Source: Patescibacteria group bacterium (GTDB taxonomy: Bacteria; Patescibacteriota; WWE3; UBA101185; UBA10185). From it: DNA of 64,000 nt. A program made the position numbers and the translations under genes. Below the pieces are notes generated by a model. It worked only from the letters and a program-made list of their open reading frames with translations, had not been told where the DNA came from and made no database searches. Shown here piece after piece: positions 28,379 through 37,384 of the stretch (positions are counted from its first letter, which is position 1; every line of letters starts with the position of its first letter). The stretch is from the NCBI GenBank assembly GCA_049322215.1, contig JBMORU010000001.1, positions 708,023 to 772,022 on the forward strand, written 5' to 3'.

Positions 28379-29105
28379 GCAAAACCCAAAACTATGTGTA
28401 GCTGAGTTCATAAATAGTATTAAAGGTATAGAGGATTCAAAAGTTCTAGGTGTAATTAGAACTGGGGAACTTGACTACAGTGATTTTGTACCAAACTGGA
28501 GTGATATAGACCTCTTTGTTATTTTGGAGGAAATGAATATAACTGCAGTGAAAACCATAACAAGGCTTACAAAAAGTCTTTCCAAAAAACACAACATTCA
28601 TATTGGCTTAGCTCTTATGACCTCGCAGGAGTACTATTCCACAACACCAGAAGTTAACTGCTTAAAGAATTTGTTAATGAAAAAAGGTTTTTCCTATGGG
28701 AGAAATAATATCGAGTGGGGTAATCTAACCCCCTGTGAATTAAATTTACCGAATAAACTTCCTAGTATGATAAGAGAAGTTAATTACTTCAAGGCATATA
28801 TGCGTAATGGACTTAGAGACCTAAACGAAGATGAGCTATTGCGCCGTATTATTAAGTGTGCTCACTATATTTTACTTTGTTCTCTTTTAGCGGAATATCC
28901 ATTACTGGTAGACACAAAACCAAATAAGGCATTATCTGAGGAACTATTCCATGACTTTGGGTTGGGGTTTTCCATTTACGATCATATTTCAGCAATTAAA
29001 AAAGAATTTGATACAATCGTTGATGCGGAATCGGAAGCGTATGTAATTGCCGATTATCTTGAAAAATTTTTAGTGTATTTTTATAGAAGAACAACAAATG
29101 TATAA
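28365..29105 (+). CDS. Pol-beta-type nucleotidyltransferase with helical C-domain
   Basis: TGE..YSDF..WSDIDLFVIL motif. Confidence 0.75.
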   Translation: MNMSEQNPKLCVAEFINSIKGIEDSKVLGVIRTGELDYSDFVPNWSDIDLFVILEEMNITAVKTITRLTKSLSKKHNIHIGLALMTSQEYYSTTPEVNCLKNLLMKKGFSYGRNNIEWGNLTPCELNLPNKLPSMIREVNYFKAYMRNGLRDLNEDELLRRIIKCAHYILLCSLLAEYPLLVDTKPNKALSEELFHDFGLGFSIYDHISAIKKEFDTIVDAESEAYVIADYLEKFLVYFYRRTTNV

Positions 29106-29835
29106 ACAAGCGGGTTTTTATGTAAGAAAAACTTTGGTTGAGGACATAGTATTTAATGTTTTTTTTACCGATCTGTCTAAACCGTGGATTATCTTTTTAC
29201 CTGGTCTTCCTCAATATATACACAAACACTGGTACCTTAAGGACTTGATTCAGGATTATTGTGTGCTTAATCCCTATTATCCAGGTTCTTTCCATTCGTT
29301 TGGGGAGTTCACGCCCACATCTTTTACTAAAACAGTAGACACAAGCATAACTTTGCTCGAAACTAAAGAATTTTTTGATCATTTTGAACAAAAAGCTTTT
29401 GAACATACAGGAGTTATTTCAGGGATTTGGGGATTGAGTTTTGGCGCTAATTTAATTGTAGAGTACCTGTCACGTACTAGTAATGTTGATATACCTGTTG
29501 TGATAGTCAGTCCCATGCTAAAAATGTCCATGCCTGTACTTAATGATTACTGGAAACAAAAAACTAGATTTCTAGCATCCCCCGTTTACCAAAACATATT
29601 TCGTGGATTAAATGATGCTGCATTTCGTGACTGGCTAAATTCTACTGAAGCCTTAGAGATTCCACCTAAAACTAGAGGTGTATTGTTATACGGGAAAAAC
29701 GACCGTTATATGGATGCAGACTTTTTAAGTGCCAAATTTTCTGCACTTGATATACATATTTTAGAAGAATATGCCCATGAGGTTGATAATATCATAGGCT
29801 TTTATGTAAAAAGTAACTATGCTATAAATAACTAA
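29098..29835 (+). CDS. alpha/beta hydrolase fold protein
   Basis: FLPGLP, GLSFG nucleophile elbow, YGKND, AHE. Confidence 0.75.
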   Translation: MYKQAGFYVRKTLVEDIVFNVFFTDLSKPWIIFLPGLPQYIHKHWYLKDLIQDYCVLNPYYPGSFHSFGEFTPTSFTKTVDTSITLLETKEFFDHFEQKAFEHTGVISGIWGLSFGANLIVEYLSRTSNVDIPVVIVSPMLKMSMPVLNDYWKQKTRFLASPVYQNIFRGLNDAAFRDWLNSTEALEIPPKTRGVLLYGKNDRYMDADFLSAKFSALDIHILEEYAHEVDNIIGFYVKSNYAINN

Positions 29836-30266
29836 TGAAAAAGCATCTTTCCGCAGGAGGTATACTCCTTAATTCAGCTAAACAAGTCTATTTACTGCAT
29901 AAAATAAGCCGTGATGAATGGGGACTACCTAAAGGAACAATTGAAGAAAATGAAGATACTTTAGATGCGGCTATTAGAGAAATTAAGGAAGAAACTGGTT
30001 ACAAAAATATTATACCTTTGGAAGATAAACCATTCGAAACTGTTAACTGGCAAATGACACACCCTAAAACAGGCGAAGAAATAGACAAAACCGTTTATTA
30101 CTTTATGTTTGAGCTTTTAGATGAGGAATTTGAACCCACACCTGAGATGGAAGCAGAAGAGCTAGAAGGAGATTGGTTTGATATTGATACCGCAGTAGAG
30201 AAAGTCACTTTTGACGATCTGCGTGAAGTATTAAAGAAAGCTAAATCTTCAGAATACTTCAACTAA
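29835..30266 (+). CDS. NUDIX hydrolase
   Basis: PKGTIEENEDTLDAAIREIKEETGY Nudix box. Confidence 0.92.
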   Translation: MKKHLSAGGILLNSAKQVYLLHKISRDEWGLPKGTIEENEDTLDAAIREIKEETGYKNIIPLEDKPFETVNWQMTHPKTGEEIDKTVYYFMFELLDEEFEPTPEMEAEELEGDWFDIDTAVEKVTFDDLREVLKKAKSSEYFN

Positions 30267-30380
30267 AGTATCCATTAAAATTTTTATTTCTTGTATAATT
30301 TGACTCAACTCGAACTTCATCTCCGGCCTCAACGAAGTTCGAAATAGCGCCATACTTCTATTTCTTTTATACTTCAAATA

Positions 30381-31115
30381 ATGAACTTCAAATTCTTAAT
30401 AGACGAAAAACTACTATTCTTTGTATGTTTAACCAAAGGTAACAAAACAGAAAGCTGGGTTGATTTGCAAAATGAACTTTGGGACAAATACAGGCTAGGT
30501 TATAAATTACTTCAGGGTAAAATGTTGGGTTTCTTTGTCTCATCCAAAGAGGATTCATTGTCAAAAGCAACTGCAGAAGTTGACGCCTTGTTTAAAGAAG
30601 GTTTGACCTCACATGTATTTTCTACAATATTAAAAAACACCCAAGAATATAAACAGTGGCTAGAAAACGAATGGAAACACAACAAGACCAAAGTTTTAAC
30701 TGAACTGGAGGACATCTTAAAAATACCTCTTCCAAACCAAGAACATGAAGTTTTCGTTATTTCACGTAAGAGCAACGCAGGCAGAAATATTGGAGGTAAC
30801 AAAATACTATTTGGTCATTCCGAAGATTGGAAAAACTACAGCATAGCATACTTAGTTCATGAAGCATTATATTCTGTATTTGGCAAAAGTGACTTAGAGC
30901 ATGCATTAATAGAATTAGCTACTGATAATGAATTAAGGATTCGCTTAAATGATGGGGAAAAATATTTTAAAGTTGGGGAGTTGGAAGTAGGGCATAAATA
31001 TCTACGTGAGTTAGAAAAGGAAATACTTCCGGAGTGGAGGAAACATTTGGAAGGTAAAAATTCAGTGAATGAGTTGATTAAAAAGTTGAAGTCCACACAA
31101 ATAACTCAAGCCTAA
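30381..31115 (+). CDS. hypothetical protein (degenerate zincin-like)
   Basis: 244-aa ORF; LVHEALY...EHALIE. Confidence 0.6.
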   Translation: MNFKFLIDEKLLFFVCLTKGNKTESWVDLQNELWDKYRLGYKLLQGKMLGFFVSSKEDSLSKATAEVDALFKEGLTSHVFSTILKNTQEYKQWLENEWKHNKTKVLTELEDILKIPLPNQEHEVFVISRKSNAGRNIGGNKILFGHSEDWKNYSIAYLVHEALYSVFGKSDLEHALIELATDNELRIRLNDGEKYFKVGELEVGHKYLRELEKEILPEWRKHLEGKNSVNELIKKLKSTQITQA

Positions 31116-31157
31116 TTAGTTAAGTAGCATAACTTCTCTTCTTACATTCCTCACCAC

Positions 31158-31166
31158 GCCACCCCA
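31158..31166 (+). repeat. att-like copy of tRNA-His 3' end
   Basis: GCCACCCCA identical to 14278-14286. Confidence 0.65.
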
Positions 31167-31221
31167 AGTTTCACCCACAGTCAAACTTGACATTACTCTT
31201 TGTGTAGAATACTTTCAGTTT

Positions 31222-31764
31222 ATGGACTTTCTTCAATCAGGAAACCAAACCCAAATAACTCCTAAAATCCAAAAAATTTCAGATAGGTTAGAAGGTACTG
31301 CATTTAATTACATTGCCAACGTTTTGCTCTGGATTGAACAAAATATAAAAACTCAAAGAAACCACCCAGACAAAGGTAAACTTCTACGCACACGAACTGC
31401 GGATCAAATAATTTCTGACGGTTTTGCAACTGGCTGCACAGACATAGCTTTAGTGTTTATTGTGCTAACCCGAGCAAAAGGCCTACCAACAAAATATGTG
31501 GAAGCAATAAAAGAAAGTTGGTTACAAAGGGGTAGTGAAAACAGTTTAGAAGGCCATGTTTTTGCTGAGGTTGAAATAGATGACAATTGGTATCAAGTAG
31601 ATCCGGATATGTTAACTATTAAGCTTTACCGAAGTTATAAAGGTTTTCAAATATACGAAAAGGGTTTGGATTCTTGGGATTTAGGAATTGATTCATTTGA
31701 AAAACTTAAAGAGGTGTTTTTAGAGTTTAGGAGTTTACATGCGCAAAAGTATTTCAGTAGGTAA
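31222..31764 (+). CDS. transglutaminase-like protein
   Basis: GCTD, GHVFAEV, WYQVDP Cys-His-Asp triad. Confidence 0.85.
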   Translation: MDFLQSGNQTQITPKIQKISDRLEGTAFNYIANVLLWIEQNIKTQRNHPDKGKLLRTRTADQIISDGFATGCTDIALVFIVLTRAKGLPTKYVEAIKESWLQRGSENSLEGHVFAEVEIDDNWYQVDPDMLTIKLYRSYKGFQIYEKGLDSWDLGIDSFEKLKEVFLEFRSLHAQKYFSR

Positions 31765-31781
31765 TGGTGCTCTTTAACAAA

Positions 31782-32330
31782 CTATAACTCTTTAAGAAAT
31801 TCCCCAAGTTTTTTCCACGCATCCCCCCATACCTTAACACGTTCTTCATGGCTCATTTCTGCTAATGTCTTTTTCTTCTCAGGCACATAAAAAATGTAAT
31901 CATAGTTATATCCGTCATCGCCTCTTTTTTCACTAATTATTTCTCCGTGTCCTTTAGAGCTAAATACTTCCAAAACTTTTCCATCGGTGTATCCAATCAT
32001 TCTCTGAACATAGGCTGTACAGTTAGGAATTGTATTTGCAAGCGTCATTAACCCTTCTTCCCCAATAGTTTCTAATACATACTTTGTGTAGACACCTGGG
32101 AATCCTCCAAGACTCTCAATAAACAAACCAGAATCCATAGCTATTAAAGGTTTTTGTATTATTTCGTAGCACTTTTTAACTTTGTCTTTAATTACTTCTT
32201 CCGGAGAATTTGATTGTATTTCTGGCACTTCTACTTCTTGTCCTATTACATTTATGCCATATTTGTTTAAAACACTCTCTGCTGATTTTATTTTATGTTT
32301 GTTAGTTGTAGTGAAAATTATTTCTTTCAT
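31782..32330 (-). CDS. non-canonical purine NTP pyrophosphatase (HAM1/RdgB family)
   Basis: TTNKHK, DSGLFIESLGGFPGVYTK, GYNYDYIF. Confidence 0.9.
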   Translation of the reverse strand: MKEIIFTTTNKHKIKSAESVLNKYGINVIGQEVEVPEIQSNSPEEVIKDKVKKCYEIIQKPLIAMDSGLFIESLGGFPGVYTKYVLETIGEEGLMTLANTIPNCTAYVQRMIGYTDGKVLEVFSSKGHGEIISEKRGDDGYNYDYIFYVPEKKKTLAEMSHEERVKVWGDAWKKLGEFLKEL

Positions 32331-32404
32331 ATTCTATTTATACATCAGTGGATCTTTCATTACCTTAACATTATTTAAACAACGCACTTTGTTATACTCA
32401 CTAT

Positions 32405-32887
32405 ATGAAAAATGATTTAGTAAACTTAGCAAAAGAAACAATTTCAAACAACCAATACATGACCATTGCGACATCGAATGAAAACGGTAATGCCTGGGCA
32501 TCACCAGTAGCGTATGTGTTTGATTATAAATACAATTTTTATTGGGTTTCTGTTCCAGAATCCAAACATCAACAAAATATAAATTATAATCCAAACGTAT
32601 CTATTGCTATTTTTGATTCACATCAACTTTGGGGCGAAGGTGTTGGTGTGCAAATAGAAGCAACAGTTGAGCGGGTTTCGTTAGTTGATTTACCTAAAGT
32701 TACTAAGCTATATTTCTCAAGAGAATATCCATATGGAAGTGCTACCGGCGCTTTTGGTGACGGTTTAAAAGATTTACTAAAAGGTAAAATCTATCATTTT
32801 TACAAAGCTATCCCAACAAAAGTATGGGTTCCTGACCCGAATGCAGATGTGGATGCTCGCATTGAAGTTAATCTAAGCAATAACTAA
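32405..32887 (+). CDS. pyridoxamine 5'-phosphate oxidase-like FMN-binding protein
   Basis: MTIAT...WASPV, SKHQQNI..NPNVS, GVQIEA. Confidence 0.85.
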   Translation: MKNDLVNLAKETISNNQYMTIATSNENGNAWASPVAYVFDYKYNFYWVSVPESKHQQNINYNPNVSIAIFDSHQLWGEGVGVQIEATVERVSLVDLPKVTKLYFSREYPYGSATGAFGDGLKDLLKGKIYHFYKAIPTKVWVPDPNADVDARIEVNLSNN

Positions 32888-32935
32888 ATTAAATAAATTT
32901 CTTGCAATGCTTTCTTTGTTATAATTGTCTTTATT

Positions 32936-33841
32936 ATAAGCAATAAACAAAATCTACATAAAATTACTATCATAGTAACTACATATAACGAGCCAAACAC
33001 CATTTACAAATGTGTATCTTCTTTATTGCCTCAAATGTCTTTACAAGACGAATTATTACTTGTTAGCCCTGATGACAACGCAAAAAAAATCCTCGAAAAA
33101 AATCTACCCTCTATAGCTCAACTAAGATTTATTAAAGACGAAGGAAAAGGTAAACCAGCAGCATTAAATCTTGCTTTAAAAGAGGCAAAAAACGAAATTT
33201 TAGTTTTAACTGATGGTGATGTATTTGTGGATAAAAATGCTTTAAGCGAGTTACTAAAACCCTTTTCTGATAATTCTGTAGGTGCAGTTACCGGTCATCC
33301 TGTAAGCTTAAATAAAAAAGATAATATGTTAGGTTACTGGTCTCACTTTTTAACTGATGCGGCACACAATGTGAGAATGAAATGCCTAGAGAATAAATCA
33401 TTTATTGAATGTTCTGGCTATTTATATGCTTTTAAACGTAACTTAATCTCTGAAGTTCCCCTGGATGTACTTTCTGACGATGCTGTAATCTCTCATTTAA
33501 TTGCTTCAACAGGTAGCAAAATAACTTATGCTCCGGAATCATACGTTTATGTTAAGTATCCTAATAACTTTAGCGACTGGCTTAAACAAAAAGTAAGATC
33601 TGCTGGCGGTTTTGCTCAGGAGTATATTAAAAGTTCGCCTTTTAAAATGCGAACGGTTCTTTTTGAAGGTACTCATGGCTTTGTGTTTGCTCTTAAATAC
33701 CCTAAAAGTATAAAGCAGTTTTTTTGGATGTTGTGTTTATTTTTAGCCCGAATTTATTTGTGGTTTCAGGTTTTTGTAAATGTTAGAGTTTTAAATAAGC
33801 CATTTTCATCATTGTGGGTGCGTATTGAGTCTACGAAATGA
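32936..33841 (+). CDS. glycosyltransferase family 2 (start apparently ATA 32936)
   Basis: In-frame ITIIVTTYNEP upstream of called start; GKPAALN, TDGD, SDD. Confidence 0.85.
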   Translation: MSNKQNLHKITIIVTTYNEPNTIYKCVSSLLPQMSLQDELLLVSPDDNAKKILEKNLPSIAQLRFIKDEGKGKPAALNLALKEAKNEILVLTDGDVFVDKNALSELLKPFSDNSVGAVTGHPVSLNKKDNMLGYWSHFLTDAAHNVRMKCLENKSFIECSGYLYAFKRNLISEVPLDVLSDDAVISHLIASTGSKITYAPESYVYVKYPNNFSDWLKQKVRSAGGFAQEYIKSSPFKMRTVLFEGTHGFVFALKYPKSIKQFFWMLCLFLARIYLWFQVFVNVRVLNKPFSSLWVRIESTK

Positions 33842-33848
33842 TTTTTTT

Positions 33849-34853
33849 CTAATCATCGTTTAATAAAGGAAACAGCGCGAAAGGAGTTATCCAAGTTATA
33901 TATTGTGGAAAAATTACAGGGTTAAAAATAGTAAAGACAAAAAATGATAAAAACAAATATGCTCCCTTTTTAACTTTCCCAATAAACAACAAACCAACAG
34001 TTAAAAGCATTGAAATAAATAGTGGTAATCTCGGAACGAGCTTTTCTAAAATTTCCGTATCGCTATAGCTTTCTTGTGGTGCGCTAAGTAAACCATTATA
34101 ACCATAAATTATTTCTGATTCAGATGGGCTTCTTGTAAGGCTAAAAAGTATTGACCTTGTAAAGCTATTATAGTCTTCAACTATATATGGTATTACAGGT
34201 ATTAGGATGATTGAAAACAGCAGAACTAAGTTTATTACTAACATTTTCAACGGCATCTTTTTGCTTAAATAAGGAACAATAAATATTGGAAGTGCAAAAA
34301 TGCCAATGTATTTAATTCCTAAAGATAACCCATAAAATATGTAAGAAATAGGTGTAAGTTTTTTACTAGTAAGGAAGTAAAAAGACATAATTAGCAATCC
34401 AATAGCTAATACATCCTGTTTTAGGTAAATAATGCTGTTAAGAGTCCATACATTAAAGACATAAAACAAAGAGGCACATAGCCCTAAAAATGGTTTATCT
34501 TGTTTTTTAAAAATGAGATAGAGAAATGTTCCACCAATACTTTGCGCAACAAACAGCACAAACCTAAATCCCTCTATGAAACCGCTAAAGTTGTCGTCAG
34601 ATTTGTCTCTGACTACTGTTAAAAACTTGTAGTAATGAGGTAACTGCGTAGCGTACTTGTCGTTTTCAAGCATATCACCTTCTAAAATTCTAAGGTAAGG
34701 ATTTACTCCTTTTTGTATTTGTTTTGCAGCATCATACTCGTAATATATATCTTCTCTTTTAAAGTAAAACTCTGCGTCTTTATCTATAGAAAAATCTATT
34801 TTATGTACCAAAAATATAAGGAAAATAAAAAGAACTAGTTTAAAAATTTTCAT
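33849..34853 (-). CDS. polytopic membrane glycosyltransferase (GT-C/GT87-like)
   Basis: Many TMs, GVNPY, KQD, GIK, FPQY. Confidence 0.65.
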   Translation of the reverse strand: MKIFKLVLFIFLIFLVHKIDFSIDKDAEFYFKREDIYYEYDAAKQIQKGVNPYLRILEGDMLENDKYATQLPHYYKFLTVVRDKSDDNFSGFIEGFRFVLFVAQSIGGTFLYLIFKKQDKPFLGLCASLFYVFNVWTLNSIIYLKQDVLAIGLLIMSFYFLTSKKLTPISYIFYGLSLGIKYIGIFALPIFIVPYLSKKMPLKMLVINLVLLFSIILIPVIPYIVEDYNSFTRSILFSLTRSPSESEIIYGYNGLLSAPQESYSDTEILEKLVPRLPLFISMLLTVGLLFIGKVKKGAYLFLSFFVFTIFNPVIFPQYITWITPFALFPLLNDD

Positions 34854-34889
34854 GCATTGTAATGTTACCACTTTTGTTATAATCCACTT

Positions 34890-35408
34890 ATGACCTTAAC
34901 AAATGAAGTAACTAACTATTTAAACGAGTTTATACCTAAAGTTGAAGCTACCGGAATAGATGTTTCAAATTTAAACTTAGATCATGTTGCCTACCAGGCA
35001 AGTTCTTCTGAAGATTATGAAAAAATAAAACCCCTATTTGAAGAAGTTACTGACTATACTCACGAAGCAATTGTTGGAGGAAGAAGAGTAGGTGTTTTTA
35101 AACTAAAGCAACCCATATTTTACAAAGGTAATAAAATTGTAGCTATAGAACTTATTGAGCCAAAAGAGGGTCAAATATGTAAATCGGCTTGGGAACATGC
35201 CGAATATGTTCTTACTGAAGATTACAAAGAATTTATAAATAAATACTCTGACTTAAATTGGAACACGTCAAGCATTGATAGAAACATATACTCGCATTTA
35301 AAATTACAGCTAGATTCTGAAAATCAAGTTAAATTTCATTTGCACGACATTTTAGAAACAATAAAGTTAGAAGAAGATTCTACTAGGGCTGCAGCTTTTG
35401 ATAATTAG
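34890..35408 (+). CDS. VOC family protein (YecM-like)
   Basis: DHVAY, GGRR, IELIEP, WEHAE, VKFH. Confidence 0.85.
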   Translation: MTLTNEVTNYLNEFIPKVEATGIDVSNLNLDHVAYQASSSEDYEKIKPLFEEVTDYTHEAIVGGRRVGVFKLKQPIFYKGNKIVAIELIEPKEGQICKSAWEHAEYVLTEDYKEFINKYSDLNWNTSSIDRNIYSHLKLQLDSENQVKFHLHDILETIKLEEDSTRAAAFDN

Positions 35409-35526
35409 TAGTATTTCTGTTATTAGTGGCGTTTAAGTTTAAACCCATAGCATTTGCAACGTAGAAATACCAATGTATAATAAATAGAGCTTCTATTAAT
35501 GATCAAAACTGTGTAAGGAGAACAAA

Positions 35527-35817
35527 ATGAGTGACTTTGAGGATCAATTCACGGCCCTAGTTTGCCCAAACTGCCAAGGAGAAGTAGAGTTGTCTAAGGT
35601 TAATACCGATGACTTTGTCGTGGTCTCGGGCAGTGCTGTTGTATATATCGGGGAAGGTCAGGGGCACAACGCCAAATGTACGCATTGCGGCACTAAGTTT
35701 ATTCGCAAACAGCAATACCAAGGAAAGCCAAAGACAGCTACCAATACAACTGTTTTTCTTGGTAAAGTTACCGGCCCTATTCATACCGGGTCTGGAAACA
35801 TTAACATTAAAGGCTAA
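35527..35817 (+). CDS. small zinc-ribbon protein (cassette)
   Basis: CPNC and CTHC; AAGGAGAACAAAATG. Confidence 0.75.
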   Translation: MSDFEDQFTALVCPNCQGEVELSKVNTDDFVVVSGSAVVYIGEGQGHNAKCTHCGTKFIRKQQYQGKPKTATNTTVFLGKVTGPIHTGSGNINIKG

Positions 35818-35828
35818 CTTACTAATAT

Positions 35829-35876
35829 GGAGTGTGTTGCTATGCAATTATTTGCTGCAGTGCACTCCTTTTTTTT
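35829..35876 (+). terminator. intrinsic terminator
   Basis: GGAGTGTGTTGC../..GCAGTGCACTCC followed by T8. Confidence 0.8.
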
Positions 35877-35987
35877 AGTCACTTCAGTTAATCCCGTTAT
35901 AGTTACTGTCATGAATTGCTTCAAATGCTATAGGGTGTTATAATATATGTATTACTGATCTAGATCATAACCTTTAAGGAGAACAAA

Positions 35988-36524
35988 ATGAACAAGAGAA
36001 AGCCAGTGGATGTAGTTTTGATGTGGGTTTTTGTACTCATTATGGTAGCGTTGAGTTTGCTTTCAAACGGTTGTCGGCAAGAACAAAAAGTTGTGGCTGT
36101 ACTCACCGCAGAACCTATGGCTACCGTGACAGTCATCGAAACGCTGCCAGAGCCTGAGGTTGAAGTAACTTACCCTGAACCTGCATCCGACTCAGAGGCA
36201 TACCCCAGCTTTGATCCCGTTGAGGCTGAAAGCGAAGAATTGGAAATTTCGGAAGCTCAAGAGCGTGTGAAGCAAGTATGGATTATGCTTGAGGTAACGA
36301 CAATCATTTCTTTCACGCAACCTGATGAAACAATGGAAGAAGAGGTCGCATGGTGGGCTACTGAGGTAACACGTATACTAAATGGCTCGCATGCACAAAC
36401 TTTCCAGAGTTGTATTGTAGATGGATTGCCCACAGAAGAAAATCAAAAACCCAACCCACAAGTTTTTCGCGATCATTTGGATACCTGCATCGACTTCATT
36501 GACAAGATGGAACACGGCGCGTAA
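35988..36524 (+). CDS. putative lipoprotein (cassette)
   Basis: Hydrophobic leader ending LSNGC; AAGGAGAACAAAATG. Confidence 0.7.
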   Translation: MNKRKPVDVVLMWVFVLIMVALSLLSNGCRQEQKVVAVLTAEPMATVTVIETLPEPEVEVTYPEPASDSEAYPSFDPVEAESEELEISEAQERVKQVWIMLEVTTIISFTQPDETMEEEVAWWATEVTRILNGSHAQTFQSCIVDGLPTEENQKPNPQVFRDHLDTCIDFIDKMEHGA

Positions 36525-36537
36525 CAAATAGTCATTC

Positions 36538-36595
36538 GGCAAGGTGAAAGTTGACACAGAAACAATCGTCAATTTTCATCTTGCCATTTTTTTTT
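36538..36595 (+). terminator. intrinsic terminator
   Basis: GGCAAGGTGAAAGTTGAC / GTCAATTTTCATCTTGCC followed by T-tract. Confidence 0.8.
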
Positions 36596-36618
36596 AAACT
36601 TTCAAAAAAGCAGTCAAA

Positions 36619-37335
36619 TTACCTTATTTGTTTCAACGTTATTTTCCTAAACACAAGCTTATGAAACTCTATAAAAAAGGGAAGGGTTTTTAATTTTGTT
36701 TCTTCACTCCCATATATTGCAGGAATTTTTACATCAACAATTTTTGCCTTCTTTTTACTTAATTCTATTATTAGTGAGGTTTCATATCCAAAGCGTTTTT
36801 CTAATTTTCTTTTGTCTAGTTTAGAAAACATTTCTTTTGTAATTGCAGTGTAGCCATTTAACGGGTCTGAAACTTTCCAGTATTGTGTAGCTATCTTTAA
36901 TATCAAGCTTGCGTAAATGTTACCTAAAAGTCTAATCAAAGGCATTCCGGTTGTTCCACCTGGATATAAACGCATACCTTTTGTAAAATTTGCTTCCTTC
37001 TTTACCAAAGGTTCTAGTAGCTTAGGTAGGTAAGTAGTGTCCATTTGATTATCCCCGTTAATAACCACAGAAATATCATAGCCGGATTTAAAGGCAAAAT
37101 TATGTGCGGTCAATATGCTTGCTCCTACTCCCAAATTTTCTTTTGCACTAATTAACTTCAGCTTTGTATTTTTTATAGCAAGTTTATTTAAAATTTTTTC
37201 AGAATTATCTGTACTTGCGTCATTAACCACTACTACTAAATCAACCCACTTTGGAATATTTCTTACAACTTCTTTTATATGCTTTTCTTCATTAAAAATT
37301 GGTATTGATACTGAGATTTTTTTATTTTTATACAT
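36619..37335 (-). CDS. glycosyltransferase family 2 (DPM1-like)
   Basis: IPIFNEE, VNDASTD, NLGVG, NGDNQM. Confidence 0.9.
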   Translation of the reverse strand: MYKNKKISVSIPIFNEEKHIKEVVRNIPKWVDLVVVVNDASTDNSEKILNKLAIKNTKLKLISAKENLGVGASILTAHNFAFKSGYDISVVINGDNQMDTTYLPKLLEPLVKKEANFTKGMRLYPGGTTGMPLIRLLGNIYASLILKIATQYWKVSDPLNGYTAITKEMFSKLDKRKLEKRFGYETSLIIELSKKKAKIVDVKIPAIYGSEETKLKTLPFFIEFHKLVFRKITLKQIR

Positions 37336-37384
37336 AAAGATGAAATTGGGCTACTTTAAGCATTATCATATAATGATTATGCTT

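Larger units (their letters stand above)
14278..31166. mobile_element. composite integrative island at tRNA-His (inner element probably ends near 27041)
   Basis: Integrase at tRNA end; GCCACCCCA repeated at 14278 and 31158, ACCCCA at 27036; R-M and replication-type cargo. Confidence 0.75.

Noticed and set aside
37115-37384. N-terminal 90 aa of the 846-aa ORF
   Set aside because: Mostly antisense overlap with the divergent GT2 gene; the real start is probably near 37385.
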